A stretch of DNA of 64,000 nt. Source: Lama guanicoe (lineage: Eukaryota). A program made the translations under genes and the position numbers. Below, piece by piece: positions 1 through 13,492 of this stretch. The stretch is taken from assembly GCA_013239625.1 (NCBI GenBank), contig MU054323.1, positions 2,170,001 through 2,234,000 of the forward strand, given 5' to 3'. The notes beneath the pieces are model-generated. The model ran no database searches. It worked only from the letters and a program-made list of their open reading frames with translations, and was not told where the DNA came from. Numbering within the stretch: position 1 is the stretch's first letter; every line of letters starts with the position of its first letter.

Positions 1-10
1 GAGGGTGAGT
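1..10 (+). other. Candidate 5' splice site (GAGG|GTGAGT) at the window edge
   Basis: Strong donor consensus at 5-10, and CpGs are somewhat more frequent in the first ~560 bp than elsewhere. The upstream exon is not visible. Confidence 0.3.
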
Positions 11-736
11 CCTCACCTATTTGTGAAGCAGAGGGTTTAATTTCTGCATCCTTTGGTCTGTATCTTTATCTACTGTTCATAGAACGATAGAATAACAGCC
101 ATAGGGTAGTAATTCATCAGTGGTCCGAGTGCCCTTCTTATCCTTGGTCAGCCTTCAGTTTACTGTGATCACAACGTGGGATAGTGTCTTTGGAATAAGA
201 AGAAAGAGGCCAGACATCTTCTTCCTTGTTTCTTCCAGTGGTAACAGGTATTCCATTGGTGATCCTTGGCTTCCTGCTTTCTGTGCTTCAGCGAGGGACC
301 ACAGCTGGTGCAGCCCCCTCCTCCCGCGCTGTCGCATGGTGCAGTGGTGTGGTTCCGTGCCAGCAGTGTCAAGGGAGGGCTGCTGGGCTCCCACATATTT
401 AATTTAGAATTAGTTTGGAAACGAGGGCGCTTGGATTCCCTGCTGTTCTTATTTTATCTGGGATTGTTCAACAGGGACAGGGAGAGAGAGGTCTGCAAAG
501 GCAATTATAGTGTGGCATACACAAGTTTTACAAGCTTGGAATCTCTTCAAGTGTCCTCCCCGAGAGTGTTTCCTTGTGAATTAGAAAACTCTAGTTTTAG
601 CTTGATGAACTGTTTTCTGGTTAATTCAGTTGTTCTAGCCCCTGCTGGAGCTAGAGTAATAAATATTCAGAGCAGAAAATGTGGCTTTCTGAAATGCTAT
701 CATGAATGGGGTTGGCAGAGGAGCAAATAAAAAGTC

Positions 737-909
737 AGGGTGGCCAATTAAATAGGTATTTCAGATAAACAATAAATAATTTATTAGTGTAAGTATATTC
801 TAAATGTTGCATGGACCCTCTCAAATATTGCAAAGGACATAGTTATAATAAACATTACTTATCATGAATTCAAATTTTATTGAACATGCTGTATTTATCT
901 GGCAACCCT
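737..909. mobile_element. MER53-like hAT MITE (palindromic)
   Basis: Starts agggtggcca, ends ctggcaaccct (TIRs); internal ttcagataaacaa...taagtat...aatattg...gacata...ttcaaattt matches the recalled MER53 consensus. Confidence 0.8.
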
Positions 910-1289
910 TGTCATGAATAATTAAAAGATGCTATTGCTGTTGTTCACAGAAATGAATTTATTTCATCATTGATTAGTTTCACTAAAATCAATAGGTATA
1001 TTAGATGTCTGTTCCCACTTTTCAGATAAATTATAGCAGTAGGATAAAATATGTATTTTCTGTTTTACACTGTGGAAATAATGGGGGTATCTATTCAGAT
1101 TTGAATTTTCTCTTGTTCTCTATATGGTAATGTGCTATACAGATTTAGGTTTGTTTTTGTTTAAGTCATGAGAAGAGTAATACTCAAATATAAAATTCCT
1201 TTTAGTTTTATGAAATTAGCATACATAGGAAATCATGGATTGGCTATGCCGGGAAGATTAAAACAAGCAATCTTATCCTGATTGTATAA

Positions 1290-1685
1290 GTAATATATGT
1301 TCCTTGTAGAACATTTAGAAAATACATAATATGAAAAAATATACCTGTGATGTTTTTTAATCTATTTTACATTTTTGTGGAAACACTTCAAAACATTTCG
1401 AGATTTTGTTGTAATACAATTTTGTTGCCTTTTAAAAATTCACTATTAACAACATGAATGTCTTTTTATTTCATTTAGAAAGAATTTAGAAAACATTGTA
1501 ATAATGACATGCTATTCTTTCTCCTTATTGTCTTGATTTTTTTTCCTGCTCTAATATTAAAATGAGGATATTGGTACATAACTGCTTGTTTGTTTCACTA
1601 ATTGTTTTTTTGGATATATTTTTGGAAATGCCTTTACTTGATCTAAGGATCAAAACATTTTTGAGACTTGAGCTATTTGTTGCCA
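1290..1685 (-). mobile_element. Degenerate old L1ME-type 3' fragment
   Basis: AT-rich, with L1ME-like phrases (aagtaatatatgttccttgtagaacatttagaaaataca; ttgatctaaggatcaaaacatttt). Confidence 0.45.
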
Positions 1686-2585
1686 GTGCTGTTGGATGGA
1701 AACCCACACTCCCTGTGCTTTATGTTTCAGTGCTCTGGCCAGAGGGACATCTGGAGATTTTTACCCTCTAGTCTACTCAGTCCTTTCCACAGGGATAGGC
1801 AAGACTTATCTAATGGGTGAGTTTGGAGGCAGGCAGTTTGGTTCGGCTCCTAGACTCAGTTGCTCTCAGATATGGCCATTCACATCGAGGGTCCCCCTGG
1901 TCTTCTCTTTGCTATGTGGTCAGATTACCTGGGGATTCTGGTCAGCTGGGTACACCTCCAGCTGTCCACTCTGCTTTAGGGTAAATTGAAGTTTGGAGGA
2001 ACTATTAGAAGGTTCACTGTGGCTATTCATCTAATTCACATCCTCTGATCTAGTCACTTTAAGTCATACATTAGCTGTGTCTAATTCTCAGCTAGTCCTA
2101 AACTCGACTCATATTTATTATGTATAAACCCCAAATATAAGCTCATTGGCCAGCAATAATTGAGCCATGTTTAGAGGGACTGGGATTTAGAGCTGAAAAT
2201 AACACGAGGAAAATGAGATTTTGAGTACCACTAACATCTGCATAAGGCGTTATGGCTTTCTCTGCATAGATCTTGCAGTTTAGGGCCTTTAAGCCTGGCA
2301 GTTGGCGTCGTACAGATTGTAGCTGTGTAGCTGGGGTTATTAGTTGGTAAAGGACACATAAGCTCTGGGAAACGTGAATTGTGTGGTCCTTAGTGCCACA
2401 TGGATCTGATTACAAAGGCATGGTTTGCGAATTAGGTTGCTGGGAAAAGGAGTCTCTTACTTCCTATTAAAGATGATTTTTCAATCAGTATATATAGGCT
2501 TTTTAACTATTTGCCAGAGAAATATTTTTTTTCTCTCTACAATGGAATTTTTTTAGCATGGATAGCAGGTCAGAACTGAATACTT

Positions 2586-2755
2586 TATTTTTTAAATATT
2601 CAATTTATTTATAATTGTATTATTTAAGTATTTTATTTTGGCAGTGGGGGCAGGTAATTAGGTTTGTTTATTTTTAGAGGAGGTACTGGGGATTAAACCC
2701 AGTTCCTCGTGCACGCTAAGCATGCGCTCTACCCCTTGAGCTATACCCTCCTCCC
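2586..2755 (-). mobile_element. Vic-1-like tRNA-derived SINE (camelid type)
   Basis: The minus strand reads GGGAGGAGGGTATAGCTCAAGGGGTAGAGCGCATGCTTAGCGTGCACGAGGAACTGGGTTTAATCCCCAGTACCTCC (A/B-box tRNA head) followed by an A-rich tail. A direct repeat gaatactt (2578-2585, 2758-2765) is the likely TSD. Confidence 0.85.
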
Positions 2756-3001
2756 TGGAATACTTCAAAGATAGCTAAGTTTCACCAAGAGTAGATGGTA
2801 CCAGTGTGCGACTTCCATCAGCTCTGTGTCAATCTCGCGAAACTCCAGAGACAAGTACCTTTTGCTTGTTCACTTCCCAACTCTCTTCCGCTTCTCTTTA
2901 GACGATTGAACGCTCCAGCTCAGGAACTTCATCCTAGATTTCCAGACATTTCAGTGTCTAAGCTGTGAAAAAGAATTTTGTCTGTTTCAAATCCACTCCC
3001 A

Positions 3002-3310
3002 CAGGGGCAGCTCTAGTTTTTGGGAGTCTGAAGCTTAACAGAAAAAAGACATTTTAATATAAAATTAGGTGTAAAGGTAAATATTTATTAAGGACATGAA
3101 ACAAAATCACAACAAATTACTGGAGCCTTGGAGATCCAGATGTCTTTTTCTGAAATCTCTTTGCTAGTTCACCAGATATGCTTGTCTAGAAATGCTTCCT
3201 GACTGTGGCCTTCCTTTCCCTTTGCTGCCAGAACACTCTAAGGGTCCTAGAAGTCATAATGGCAGGCCCTGATGTGTAAGCTCTATTAAGCTTCATCAGT
3301 CTGTCTCTGC
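3002..3310. mobile_element. hAT-Tip100 (Arthur1-like) non-autonomous DNA transposon relic
   Basis: caggggcagctctagtttttgggagtctgaagctta...aaattaggtgtaaaggtaaatatttatt...aaatcacaacaaattac and the end taagcttcatcagtctgtctctg resemble recalled Arthur1-type termini. Confidence 0.55.
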
Positions 3311-3480
3311 CTTCTTCAGGGCCTGTCCTTCCAGGCTCCACCAATTATATGAGAGCATTTACCTCTTCCAAAGGGATGATAATATACCTCAGGGAGATGA
3401 TTCTCCCCACTTAGAATTCTGAGATTACTCATGAACAGAAAAACTTAGTCTAACAGGATGAAAGTGCTCATTTCACTGGA

Positions 3481-3816
3481 TGCTATGCTGATTTATGTAC
3501 TCTGTTCCATTCATATGTTGAAGTCCTACCCTCCAGCACCTCAGAATGTGAAATAAGGCCTATATTTGGAGATAGGGCCTTTAAAGAAATAATTAGTGTA
3601 ACATGAGGTCATATGGTGGGCCCTAAACCAATAGGACTAGTGTCCCTATAAGGAGCAGAGATTAGGACACTGGCAGACACTGAGGGAAGATCATGTGAAG
3701 ACACAGGGAGAAGATGACCACCTACAAGCCAAGGAGAGAAGCCTCAGAAGGAACCAACACTGCCAACACCTTGATCTTGGACTATCAGCTTCTGGAACTT
3801 TGAGAAAATGAATTTC
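3481..3816 (+). mobile_element. MLT1B-like ERVL-MaLR LTR (3'-truncated)
   Basis: ttcatatgttgaagtcctaccctccagcacctcagaatgtg...tttggagatagggcctttaaaga...caagccaaggagagaagcctcagaaggaaccaacactgccaacaccttgatcttggact. Confidence 0.85.
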
Positions 3817-4759
3817 CAAAGAGGAAGGACCTAACCCCTCTAGGAATCAGGATGAGAGTGTGTGGGAAATCAGCAGATGATCAGGTACAGTAATAGTCCA
3901 GCTGGAGCCAGAAGGCTGGCCTCCCCACTCACTCCCTTTCACAGGCCTAAGTTGTTGATCTGAGCTCTCCCAGCAATGTTTATTTGAACGATTCAGCATT
4001 TCACTGAGTAGCAGGTGATTAAGCATGAATTTACAGAGGCGAGATCAGTAGGTGGCACAGTTAGAACACAGCCCCTGCCTGTAGTCAGTGGTTACTCCTA
4101 CCAGGAATGAGATCTGAAAGGTGGCAGGAGGGATGGTGACAATGCATTTGCAACAGATTTGAATGCAGGTCAAACAAGAGCAAGACAGAGGACCAGGAGC
4201 CGCCACTGGGAGCTGCTCACAGGGAACTGACTTGCTTCTTCAGAGAGGGCTCCTCAGGACACACGTCTTGCAGGCTCCTGACACTCGGGATAACCCATTC
4301 TTCCCTCATGCTTTCAATCTTGGAAGCTGTCCGGTTTTGCATGCCAGCCTACTGGAAAGCAGTGGCCCCTCCTTCTGCCTCCTTCTCACTGTTTTGCTTT
4401 GCTAGGACTGCTGTGCTTTCTCATTGTTTATACAGTGCACGTAAGTATGTAGATACTAAGAAAGTATTTATTGGAATTTCTTGGATACATTTAGAAATTT
4501 CTGAATGAGATGCAGGATTTCTCAGACACTGGAAGGGAGCTTAGTGTAGTGAAAAGGGCATGTTGGACAGTCTTGGATTGTGTTCTACCATGTAGAACAG
4601 TAAATGGGAAAGGCCACTTCTTTTAAACCTTAGTTCCCTCCTTTATTGAATGAGGCTAATTGCAGTGTCTAGTAGGAATTACTTTAATGATCATGATGAC
4701 AGAGGAATAAAGCACAAGGTCACCACAAGAAGTATCTTGCTAGCCTGTTCCAGACCAAT

Positions 4760-4918
4760 ACTGTAGCCATGCATCAGATTTGTCTGAGGACAATTTAAAC
4801 TTAGAAGTATCCAAGTTCGGCTCCAAGACCCACTAGGAGTGAACCCTGTTAATCTGCATTTTAGTGAATACCCCTCAGTGATGCTACTATGCAACCAGAT
4901 TTGGGAACCACTGCTCTA
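4760..4918 (+). mobile_element. MER5A-like hAT-Charlie MITE
   Basis: tgcatcaga...aatctgcattttagtgaatacccctcagtgat...tttgggaaccactgctcta. Confidence 0.6.
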
Positions 4919-5650
4919 GATTATCCTACTGACTTCAGAATTGCTCATAAGTAATGGGCCTCACAGATCTCTGGTGGAGATTTAGAGTTTGTACACTTTT
5001 TTTATTAGCACAAAACTCTGTAATCACAGCCTCATGAGGTCTATGTCTTATACTTTAGAACTGCTGTATGAAATGTTTCAAGCTTTAGTAAAATTGTATT
5101 TGATCACATTTCCACACTCAACTGGATCAAACAAAATAAAATGAGCTAATCGTTAGGAAACAAAAAATTTACTTTTAAAAATAGAAAAAAAATCCACAAA
5201 TTTTTCACTAATTTCAATCTTAATTGTAACAATTCTGTAACTATTTACATTTCAGTGATTCTTTTGGCTAAAACGTGAACTTCTTATTTCCTTTTTTTAG
5301 CCTCTATTTCTCGTTGTCTGGTGGAAACAACTGTTTGTGTGACTTGCTGATTCCTTAATTTCAACAAAATTCCTTGCCCTGTTTCTATCCTTCTTTTCCT
5401 AATAATCCAAACAGGATACTGGTCCTCTATGGAATGGTGATTTCTCTTTTTCGTCAGCTGCACCCCTTTTGGTGAATCTCCTGCAAACTGAATACTTTGC
5501 CTCAGCTTGGACTGTTCCATCATCATCTGTATCCAAGTAAGCATCAGGCCCTGGCAGTTATTCCTTCATCGATTTTCCAGGTTGCATCCCTTTTCTTCGT
5601 TTTCCACCATCACCCATCCATGCCTCTGCCATCTATTTGCGTTACCTATT

Positions 5651-6051
5651 TGTTATGGATTGAACTGTGTTCCCCCCAAATTCGTATGTTGGAGCCCTGC
5701 CCCCCATGACTATATTTAGAGATGGGGCCTCTAAAAGAGGCAATTAAGATTAGATGGAGTCATAAAGATGGGACCCTAATCTGGTAGAACTCATTTCTTC
5801 AGAAGAAGAGGAAGAAGCACCGTAGCACATGGGATCTCTCTGTCTCTCCCTCTTATTTGCAAAGGAAGGAACACGTGAGGACATAGAGAGAAGGTAACCA
5901 TTTACCAGCTGAGGACAAAGGCCTCACCAGAAACCTACCTGCTGGAACCGTAATCTTGGACTTCCAGCCTCCAGAACAGTGAGAAAATACATTTCTGTTG
6001 TTTAAGCCACTGAGTTTGTGTATTTTGTTATGGCAGGCCAAGCTGCTGAAT
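5651..6051 (+). mobile_element. MLT1A/B-like ERVL-MaLR solo LTR
   Basis: tgttatggattgaactgtgttccccccaaattcgtatgttg...atcttggacttccagcctccagaacagtgagaaaatacatttctgttgtttaagccac...tttgttatggcag. Confidence 0.88.
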
Positions 6052-6127
6052 ATGCTATTTGTCACTGTGTGCCAGGAGAAACCAGCTCCCCTCTTTCCAG
6101 ACCATCTTGCACAAGTGTGCACAGCTA

Positions 6128-6645
6128 TTACATTAGTTTTCTATTACTGCAAACCAATTTACCAGAAACTTAGTGGCTTAACACAACACCCATGTATTAC
6201 CTCACAGTTTTTAGTGACTCAGCAGTGTGGGCACAGCTTTGCTTGGTTCCCTGCTCAGAGTGCCACAGGCTGCAGTTAAGGTATTGTTTGGAACAGCAAT
6301 CTCATCTGAGGTTAAAAGTGCTCTTCCAAGCTCATGATTTTTGGCAGAATTCGTTTCCTTGTAGCTGTAGAATTCGCAGTGGCTCCTTCAAACTCAGCAG
6401 GAGAATCTCTGAAGTTTCCAGTCTCTTTTAAAGAGCTAATCTGATAAAGTCAGGCACATCCAATATAGTCTTTCTTTTGATTGATTCAAAGTCAGTGGAT
6501 TAAGGTTTCTCAATTATCTATAGACACTCCCTTCTTCCATCATATGCAAAGGTCTTGTCCAAAATCAAAGTGAAGGAATCACACATGGTGTGCATACCAG
6601 GGGTGAGAATCTTGGAAGCCATCTTAGATTTCCACCTACCATACA
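6128..6645 (-). mobile_element. MLT1E/F/G-like ERVL-MaLR LTR
   Basis: attagttttctattactgcaaaccaatttaccagaaacttagtggcttaacacaacac...gaatcttggaagccatcttagatttccacctacca. Confidence 0.75.
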
Positions 6646-9600
6646 TATGATTCATTGATTACTATTCAGTACTGAAGGTTATGAACAATGCTTTGATATG
6701 TAGTTTCTGCTGTACTCAAGCTTAAAACAATGTACACATGAAAAAATGGCAGTGCACATAATAAGCATCAGTGCTGTAGGAGTGGTGCAGATAGTCCAAC
6801 GTGCCAGGACTTCTGAGGACTCCCTGTGGCTTGACAAAGGCTTCTTAAAGAACGTAAAATATCAGCTGGGCTGAATTTAAATTTCTGAAAGGAATACTTG
6901 TGTTGCCAGTGTATGATAACATTTGTTTCACCTCATACTGCCTACTTTTACTTATAATATTTTCATGGAGTTGAATGAAATGCTGACAAATACTCATTTA
7001 CCATAACAGTTTTGATTGCTTGCCTATTGAGCACCTGTCTCTAGAATGCAGACTTCTTAACCTGTTACCTGTTTTGGAGAGTTCCACTTAGTGAGTGGGT
7101 TGGGAGATGGGGAGAGAAGTATATAGAGTTAGCTGCTTCTCATTTAGGCTTTCATTCCTGGAGCAAGCTGGTCATTTCCTCTTCCCAGCTCAGAATACCT
7201 TTATTTGTAAGTTGAGGGTTTAGAAGGAATATTTTACACGGATATTTCCCTGACTTCCAGATTTCTTTGACATCTCAGAATAAACTAGGCTTTCTTTTTC
7301 ATACATGTGTGTAGTATTTGCACCTCTATTTTATAACCTTCATCTTCCATAAACTTGTCAAAAGTTCATCTCTGCTAGATTTTATAATAGCCATGGTCAT
7401 GGAATATATCTTGTTTACCATTGGATCCCAGTACTTGACACAGTGCTTGATATATAATAGGTGCTTAATAATTATTCACTGACCAAATGAACAATTATTT
7501 CTGATTCTGTCAAATGAGTATGCTTTTATGTCTCTATCCTCAGTCAATTTTTAAAATAATCAGGCAGTAATGAGGCATTTTTCAGCATTATGTGATTTTG
7601 ACCAGTTAATTAACACTTCCTCTTAGAATATTATAAAAATGTTGGTCTTGTTTTCCTCTGATGGATTGGGCAGAGCTAAGGGTGTCCCCGTCTGTGGAGT
7701 GCACTGGAGCAGGCGGTCTTGGGGTGCTCTTTCAGGGTGGCCAGAGGAATCATATAAAGAGAGCAATGTTGTGGAGAAAGAGCAAGGTTGAAGCTAGGAA
7801 GGTGGTGGTAAGTGACAGACTTAGCATGTGGGCAAAGTTTAGCAGACAGATGTTAGAGGATAGTATGGACTTAGCTGCAAGAAAGGGGTCTGAGCGAGAG
7901 ATTTAGAACTAAAACAGTGAATAAAATGGAAGTGCAGATTGTCCTGTTTTACACTGTACCTGGTGTGTCTGTAGGCAGAGGGGTGCATGCCAGATTGGCT
8001 ACACAAGGTTGGGGAGTTTTTAATGCCCTAGATAGAGTCTTCCTGTGGATTTATAGGATACTACTGTTCTCTGATATTTACTGTACTCAACTTAACAATG
8101 GCCCATAAGCAGATAATTCACTTCAAGTTTTGTTTTATTTAGAAACTAAAACATTTCCCATGGATTCAGTGTTTCATGAAGGTTGATTAGATTTTCAGGG
8201 CAATTCAAGAGCATTATTTAGTGTATATTTTACTAAGGATATTATAGAAATGTCTATATGGTTTGTATTTTGTGAAATCAAACATGTTATCTTTTCAGAT
8301 TGCTTTATAAGAAATAGTTCTAATATATGTATTATGCTTACCAATTTCTTAGTCATAGATAACTAAAATACTTCTGTAAGTTACTTACCACTGTTTTGCC
8401 TGAAATTAATTTTTTTTGATTTCTTCATCTTGTGGGAGTAAATGTACTAATTTCCATTTAAAGCCTCTATTCGATATTAAAATTAGAACAACGTGTTTAA
8501 ATCCTGTAATTTTTATCTTAAATAAATATTGCTAAATTTTCCCTGAACACTTTGGCTTAAGTATAGTTTTGGAAAGTCACCAAAATCTTTTCCTTCCTCA
8601 TTTATTTCTTCAGATCCAAATTCATTTTCATTTTCTTCCTTAGTGAAGTTACTTCATAAAGCATCTCTTTGCCCAGTTTATGAAATTAAATCATTTTTGT
8701 AGCAGCTCATTATAAATAGCACACATTCTATGCTTTTATATTCAGGAGCATAATATATGTGTATTGTGTAAATCTGGCCCCATATTAAATTACCACCAGA
8801 CTTTTTTCAGTTTTAGGGCTATGAAGAACCTTTTGAGGTTATCCTATACTAACCCTTTCAATCTACTTATGGGGGAAAAAAGGGCCAGAAGATGTGAATA
8901 ATATGTCCAACTTCCCATGACAATTTAAAGCTGAGACATAACCAGAACTCTGATGTCTTAACTCCCTGTTCAGTGACTCTCTTGATATACCATGCCACCT
9001 TGCCTGTAGCATTTGTTTTCACTTTAGATTTGGGATGCTTTCCGAAAAGTAATCTTATGTATAGTTTTATGCAAATTTCACAGTTAAAAAAATTGTCCAC
9101 CAAATACTGCAAAGGGCTTAGCAGAATCTTTTGACTGAAAGCGGCATAAGATCATATATTCCCTCTCAAGCTTTAATCAGGTTACTTTGTAGTGATGTGA
9201 AGAAGGGTTAAATATTGAGCCCAAGGGCACTGAGACCATTAGCAGCACAGAACTTGGTTCTACAGCTTCCTGCCCTGCGCAAGTGGAAAAGACTCGTGAC
9301 CACATTGTTTCATTGTTTACACTCCCAGGAAAAAAAAGACAATGAGATTTAGCCACGCTAACTTGTAGAACATGATAATTATGACATTTGGGGAGCAAGA
9401 AAATGTAGAGTTGTAGATGTAGGTACTTACGCACTTCAAAGATTACATGGATTTCAATCACTCACGGGACAAGTGTTTACTGAGTTTCTGTAGTCAGATA
9501 GGTGATTCCCCACCCTCCAGACACTTATAATTTGAGATATAAAAGGAAAGGTGACAGAAGGTTGGTGGGGAGAATCTGGAAATAGCCAGGCCCTTTCTGG

Positions 9601-10248
9601 AATGAGAGCAAAGATCAGCACCACTAGACTGACTTCTCTTCCTCCTTATGCCCCGACACATCTGAGTTTATTGTTTCCATGCAAGTCTCCCTCTGCCGCC
9701 CAGTGTCCTTGTTGTCCTCTGATGACTCTCATTCTCGCCAACCTTGTTAGAGCCCTAAAGCTATTTCTTATCATTGTTCCCTGGAAGAACGTGAGGTATT
9801 GTGTGGAGAACCTTCATGTTTTTCAAGGAAAGTACTGTAAAAATTGCACGTAAACAAGAATTACTGTTTTCGACAAGCTCTTCCAAGACAAATCATCCAT
9901 GCTACTAGTTTCTGGCACAGCCCTATCGCTGACCATCCATCTTATCCCTGTCTGAGGCTGAAGCACTCTTATTACCTCAGGCTCTTCCTTCCCTCTTCAT
10001 TTGCTGACATTTCTAGTTCTTGCCAAATGTTTTTTGGATTAGAGGTTACATAGGTTACTACTACCTGGTCTATGATGATGTTGTCAGTCAGGCTGGGATT
10101 TACGTTGAATACTGAAGCTCTACAGTGGGGGCTTGGTACTAGTATATCTGCTGGTCTTTCCATAAAGATTTTGCTCTTGAGGTAACTGATACTCAGTCCT
10201 AGAATGAATGGTTAAAGCACTTACGTCAATTATTGAACCATGAACACA

Positions 10249-10692
10249 TTTTTTTAATTGAAGTATAGTCGGATTATAATGTATTAATTTTTGGTGTACA
10301 GCATAGTGATTCATTATATATATATATGTATATAATCTCCTTTTAATATTCTTTTTCATTATAGGCCATTACAAGGTATTGAATATAGTTCCCTGTGCTA
10401 TACAGTGGGACCTTGTTGTTTATCTATTTTATATATACTAATTAGTGTCCACCAATTCCAAACTCCCCCCCCCCTTTCCCCCCTGGTAACTGTTAGTTTG
10501 TTTTCTATGTCTGTGATTCTGTCTCTATTTTGTAAATAAGTACATTTGTGTCCCTTTTTTTTTTTTTCAAGATTCCTCATATAAGTGATATCATATGGTA
10601 TTTTTCTGTCTCTTTCTGGCTTATTTCACTTAGTATGATGATCTCCAGGCCCATGCATGTTGCTGCAAATGGCATTTTTTTTTTCTTTTTTA
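10249..10692 (-). mobile_element. 5'-truncated L1 3' end with 14-bp TSD
   Basis: ttttttaattgaagtatagtc...ggtgtacagcatagtgattca...agttccctgtgctatacagtggg...catgttgctgcaaatggcatt. A perfect direct repeat gaaccatgaacaca lies at 10235-10248 and 10693-10706. Confidence 0.92.
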
Positions 10693-10839
10693 GAACCATG
10701 AACACAATTTGTCTTCAGTGAAATGCAGTTTCTTTACAGTGGCAGTGGGGGATGGGAAGAAGGGCTGGGAGCCTTGGCGATCAGAACTAAGTGATGACTG
10801 CTGTCTAAGTTCTTCCCTTTAGTTCACTGAGAAACAAGA

Positions 10840-11075
10840 ATAATAGCCCACTTTCATGCATGTGATGGGTTCTCTGCTAACAGTATAACATGCATTATCC
10901 CATTTAATCTTCATAGTACTACTATAGTAAGTATTATGTTCCTAATTCAGACATGTGGAGACTGAGGCTTATTGAGTTTAAAGTACCATACTTGTCACAT
11001 ATCTTTTAAATGCCAGTCAGGATTCAGCCCATGCCAGTCAGTTTTCAAGGTTTGGGCTTCTAATCACTGTGTTAA
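10840..11075 (-). mobile_element. MIR SINE
   Basis: tgcattatcccatttaatcttcatag...gtggagactgaggctt...ttctaatcactgtg. Confidence 0.7.
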
Positions 11076-11289
11076 ACTTGAATTTTCCTTCATTATTTGG
11101 ACCTGACCTTATTTTAGTGAGTTTTGTGCTGTTCTCCTCTCTTCATCCAAACTATGGGAAATTTAGTGTACATTTCAAACCTATATTCAATTAAAAAAAG
11201 ATCCTAAATTACTTCACAGGTATCAGCAGCCCAATATTACCTTAATTTTAGGTAGAACATTAGGCTATGTGACTTCCAAACCCCCTTCA

Positions 11290-11470
11290 ACTCCTGAGTC
11301 TGTGATTCCAGACTCTGAGTCACTTCTGTACCCCTTACTAACTACATAACCTCAGACAAGAAACATTACCTCTCAGGGCCTCAGTTTCCTTTTCTATAAA
11401 ATAAGAATAAAGGGACATATCTCAGAACTGGTGTAGCATTAGTGAAAGCACTGAGCACAATGTCTAGTGT
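11290..11470 (+). mobile_element. MIR SINE
   Basis: Core acctctcagggcctcagtttcctttctataaaataagaataa. Confidence 0.6.
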
Positions 11471-11959
11471 TTCCCATCTTTATAGTTAGACTGTTCATAT
11501 GGTTAATTTTCTCAGCCATTACTGAATTTTTAAGATAAAGCTCATTTCTTAAGGCCCCATTAGTTAGAAAAGTCATGGTCATTACAGTTGAGATAAAGTA
11601 TACCTTTTCACAAAGACGAGGCATTACCAACCAACGGACAGCTGTAGAATCTCAAAACAGTAAGTGACCCTAAAGATGATATAATCCAATTGCATCGTTT
11701 TGTGGATCTCAACACTGAAACCCAAAGAGTTTAGATGGGTTTCCCCAAATCACACAGTAAGTTGGTGGTAATTTCAAAACCAGGACTTATTTCCCTTGAT
11801 TCCAGGCCCAGTGTTTTTGCTGCAGAATTCTGAAGAGCTCAACATGAAGGATGGGGTTAAAGGGAGACACCTTTAACTACATTTTTAAAAGAGGCATTTA
11901 TAGACACTTTATTTCTGGTTCTATGTTAATAATTGTTTATGTGCTAAATATTATTTACA

Positions 11960-12205
11960 GTAAAGAACTAGGGGAAAGTTTTGACTGTAGAATTCAGCAG
12001 ACCTGGATTTAAGTCACAGATGTGCCATTTATTGGGTATGTGACCTTAAAGCTTAAAACTCTGTGTTAGTTACCTTATCAGTAAAATGGGGATAATGATT
12101 ATAATTTTCCAGTGGTTGGGAAGATTAAATGAGATAGCGCTTGTGAGGTGCTTACTGGAGTGCCCAGTATATAATCATCATGTCATCATAAATGGTAACT
12201 CTTAA
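11960..12205 (+). mobile_element. MIR SINE
   Basis: cagacctggattt...gtgacctt...gtaaaatggggataatg...aagattaaatgagatagcgcttgtgaggtgctta. Confidence 0.75.
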
Positions 12206-13492
12206 TGGTAACAATTTTAACATTACATCAGTGGGGACAACTGCAGTCACCACTAAAGCCGCAACATCCATAGGTGAATTCACCCCAGTGGAACAAAAAA
12301 TGCCTGATTTCTAGTGAAAGTCAATCAGTGCCAGGACCAGATAGACACACTGTGTCTTGAGTTAGCCAGGATGTCTCTTGACTACAGCCTACTCACACTA
12401 CTGACTGACTTAGGGAACTGTCCTGAAGCACCCAGATGGTGTCTAGTGGCCAACCAGTACACAAAATTCTAGTGTATGGGCTTTTACTGAATGTAAACGG
12501 AGAAGAGGTATTTATTGTCACCAAAAAACCATGTGTATTTCCCTTGCCTTAGAGTAAGTAAATATGAGTAAATACATTGTGCAGTTAGTTATGAAAATGG
12601 AGACTTCAAGGAAGAGTCTAAAGTCAGTAATAGGAGTGCCCTAAATTTTCAAATAAACCTAAAACTGTAGACAATTCTTGTTTGTTAATTTTTCTATTTA
12701 AATGACTCTAATGATATCAAGAATAGGAGAACACATATATATGCAAGAGTGTCTGTGGATTTTAAGAAAGACTATGCTCAATAAGCTGATTTTGTAGAAT
12801 AATAAATACCATTAATAGAAATGGTGTCTTATTTTTTCTGTCTTTTGCTTGAATAATAAAATGCAGTAGTACCTTTTTCTTATTAAGAATTTCTCGAATC
12901 ATAGAACTGTGGGAGAAATATTAAATAATCCATTTTTATTGAATTCAAGGCAGTTGATACCTGGTATCCTAGAAATGTAGGCTATGCTATTTCACATTGG
13001 AAGGATTTTGAAAAACAATAAATTCCACAGCTCATCTTATACCAAAGAAAATCCAGTATCTTCTGGGCTAGATCTTATACAAATAACAGCCTCCTGATAA
13101 TCTGTTTGCAAATGTTCTCTTTCTATTTACTTATATTAACTGTGTTGGTTAAGAAATTAGGATTATTATTATAAAATAGTAGTTTGATTATTTTAGCCCA
13201 GTGATAGTGTAATCTAGAAGAAGGGAGGATGCACTGACGAGAAAGTTGGGTCAGTGCAAATTCTGTAAATTAATTCAGTGTGGAACCTTGGAATCAGTTC
13301 CCAGAGTCTAAGTCAGTTAGACACTGTAACAATATACTGTTTGAATGTAATGATGGGTATTTAGAAACTAACTTGGATTTGGCCATTTATTCCTGTTATG
13401 TTTGACAGTATTTTAAAGGAATTCTTAATTATGTGCTAATAATATAGTTTTTCATGCCTAAATCATCAAAACTACAAGTTCAGGAAAAATCT

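Noticed and set aside
2675..2755. tRNA gene
   Set aside because: The tRNA-like head has a degenerate B box, a SINE body, an A-rich tail and a TSD, so it is a SINE.
8389..8428. 40-nt minus-strand exon candidate (MKKSKKINFRQNS)
   Set aside because: Good donor but weak AAG acceptor, and no compatible neighbouring exons.
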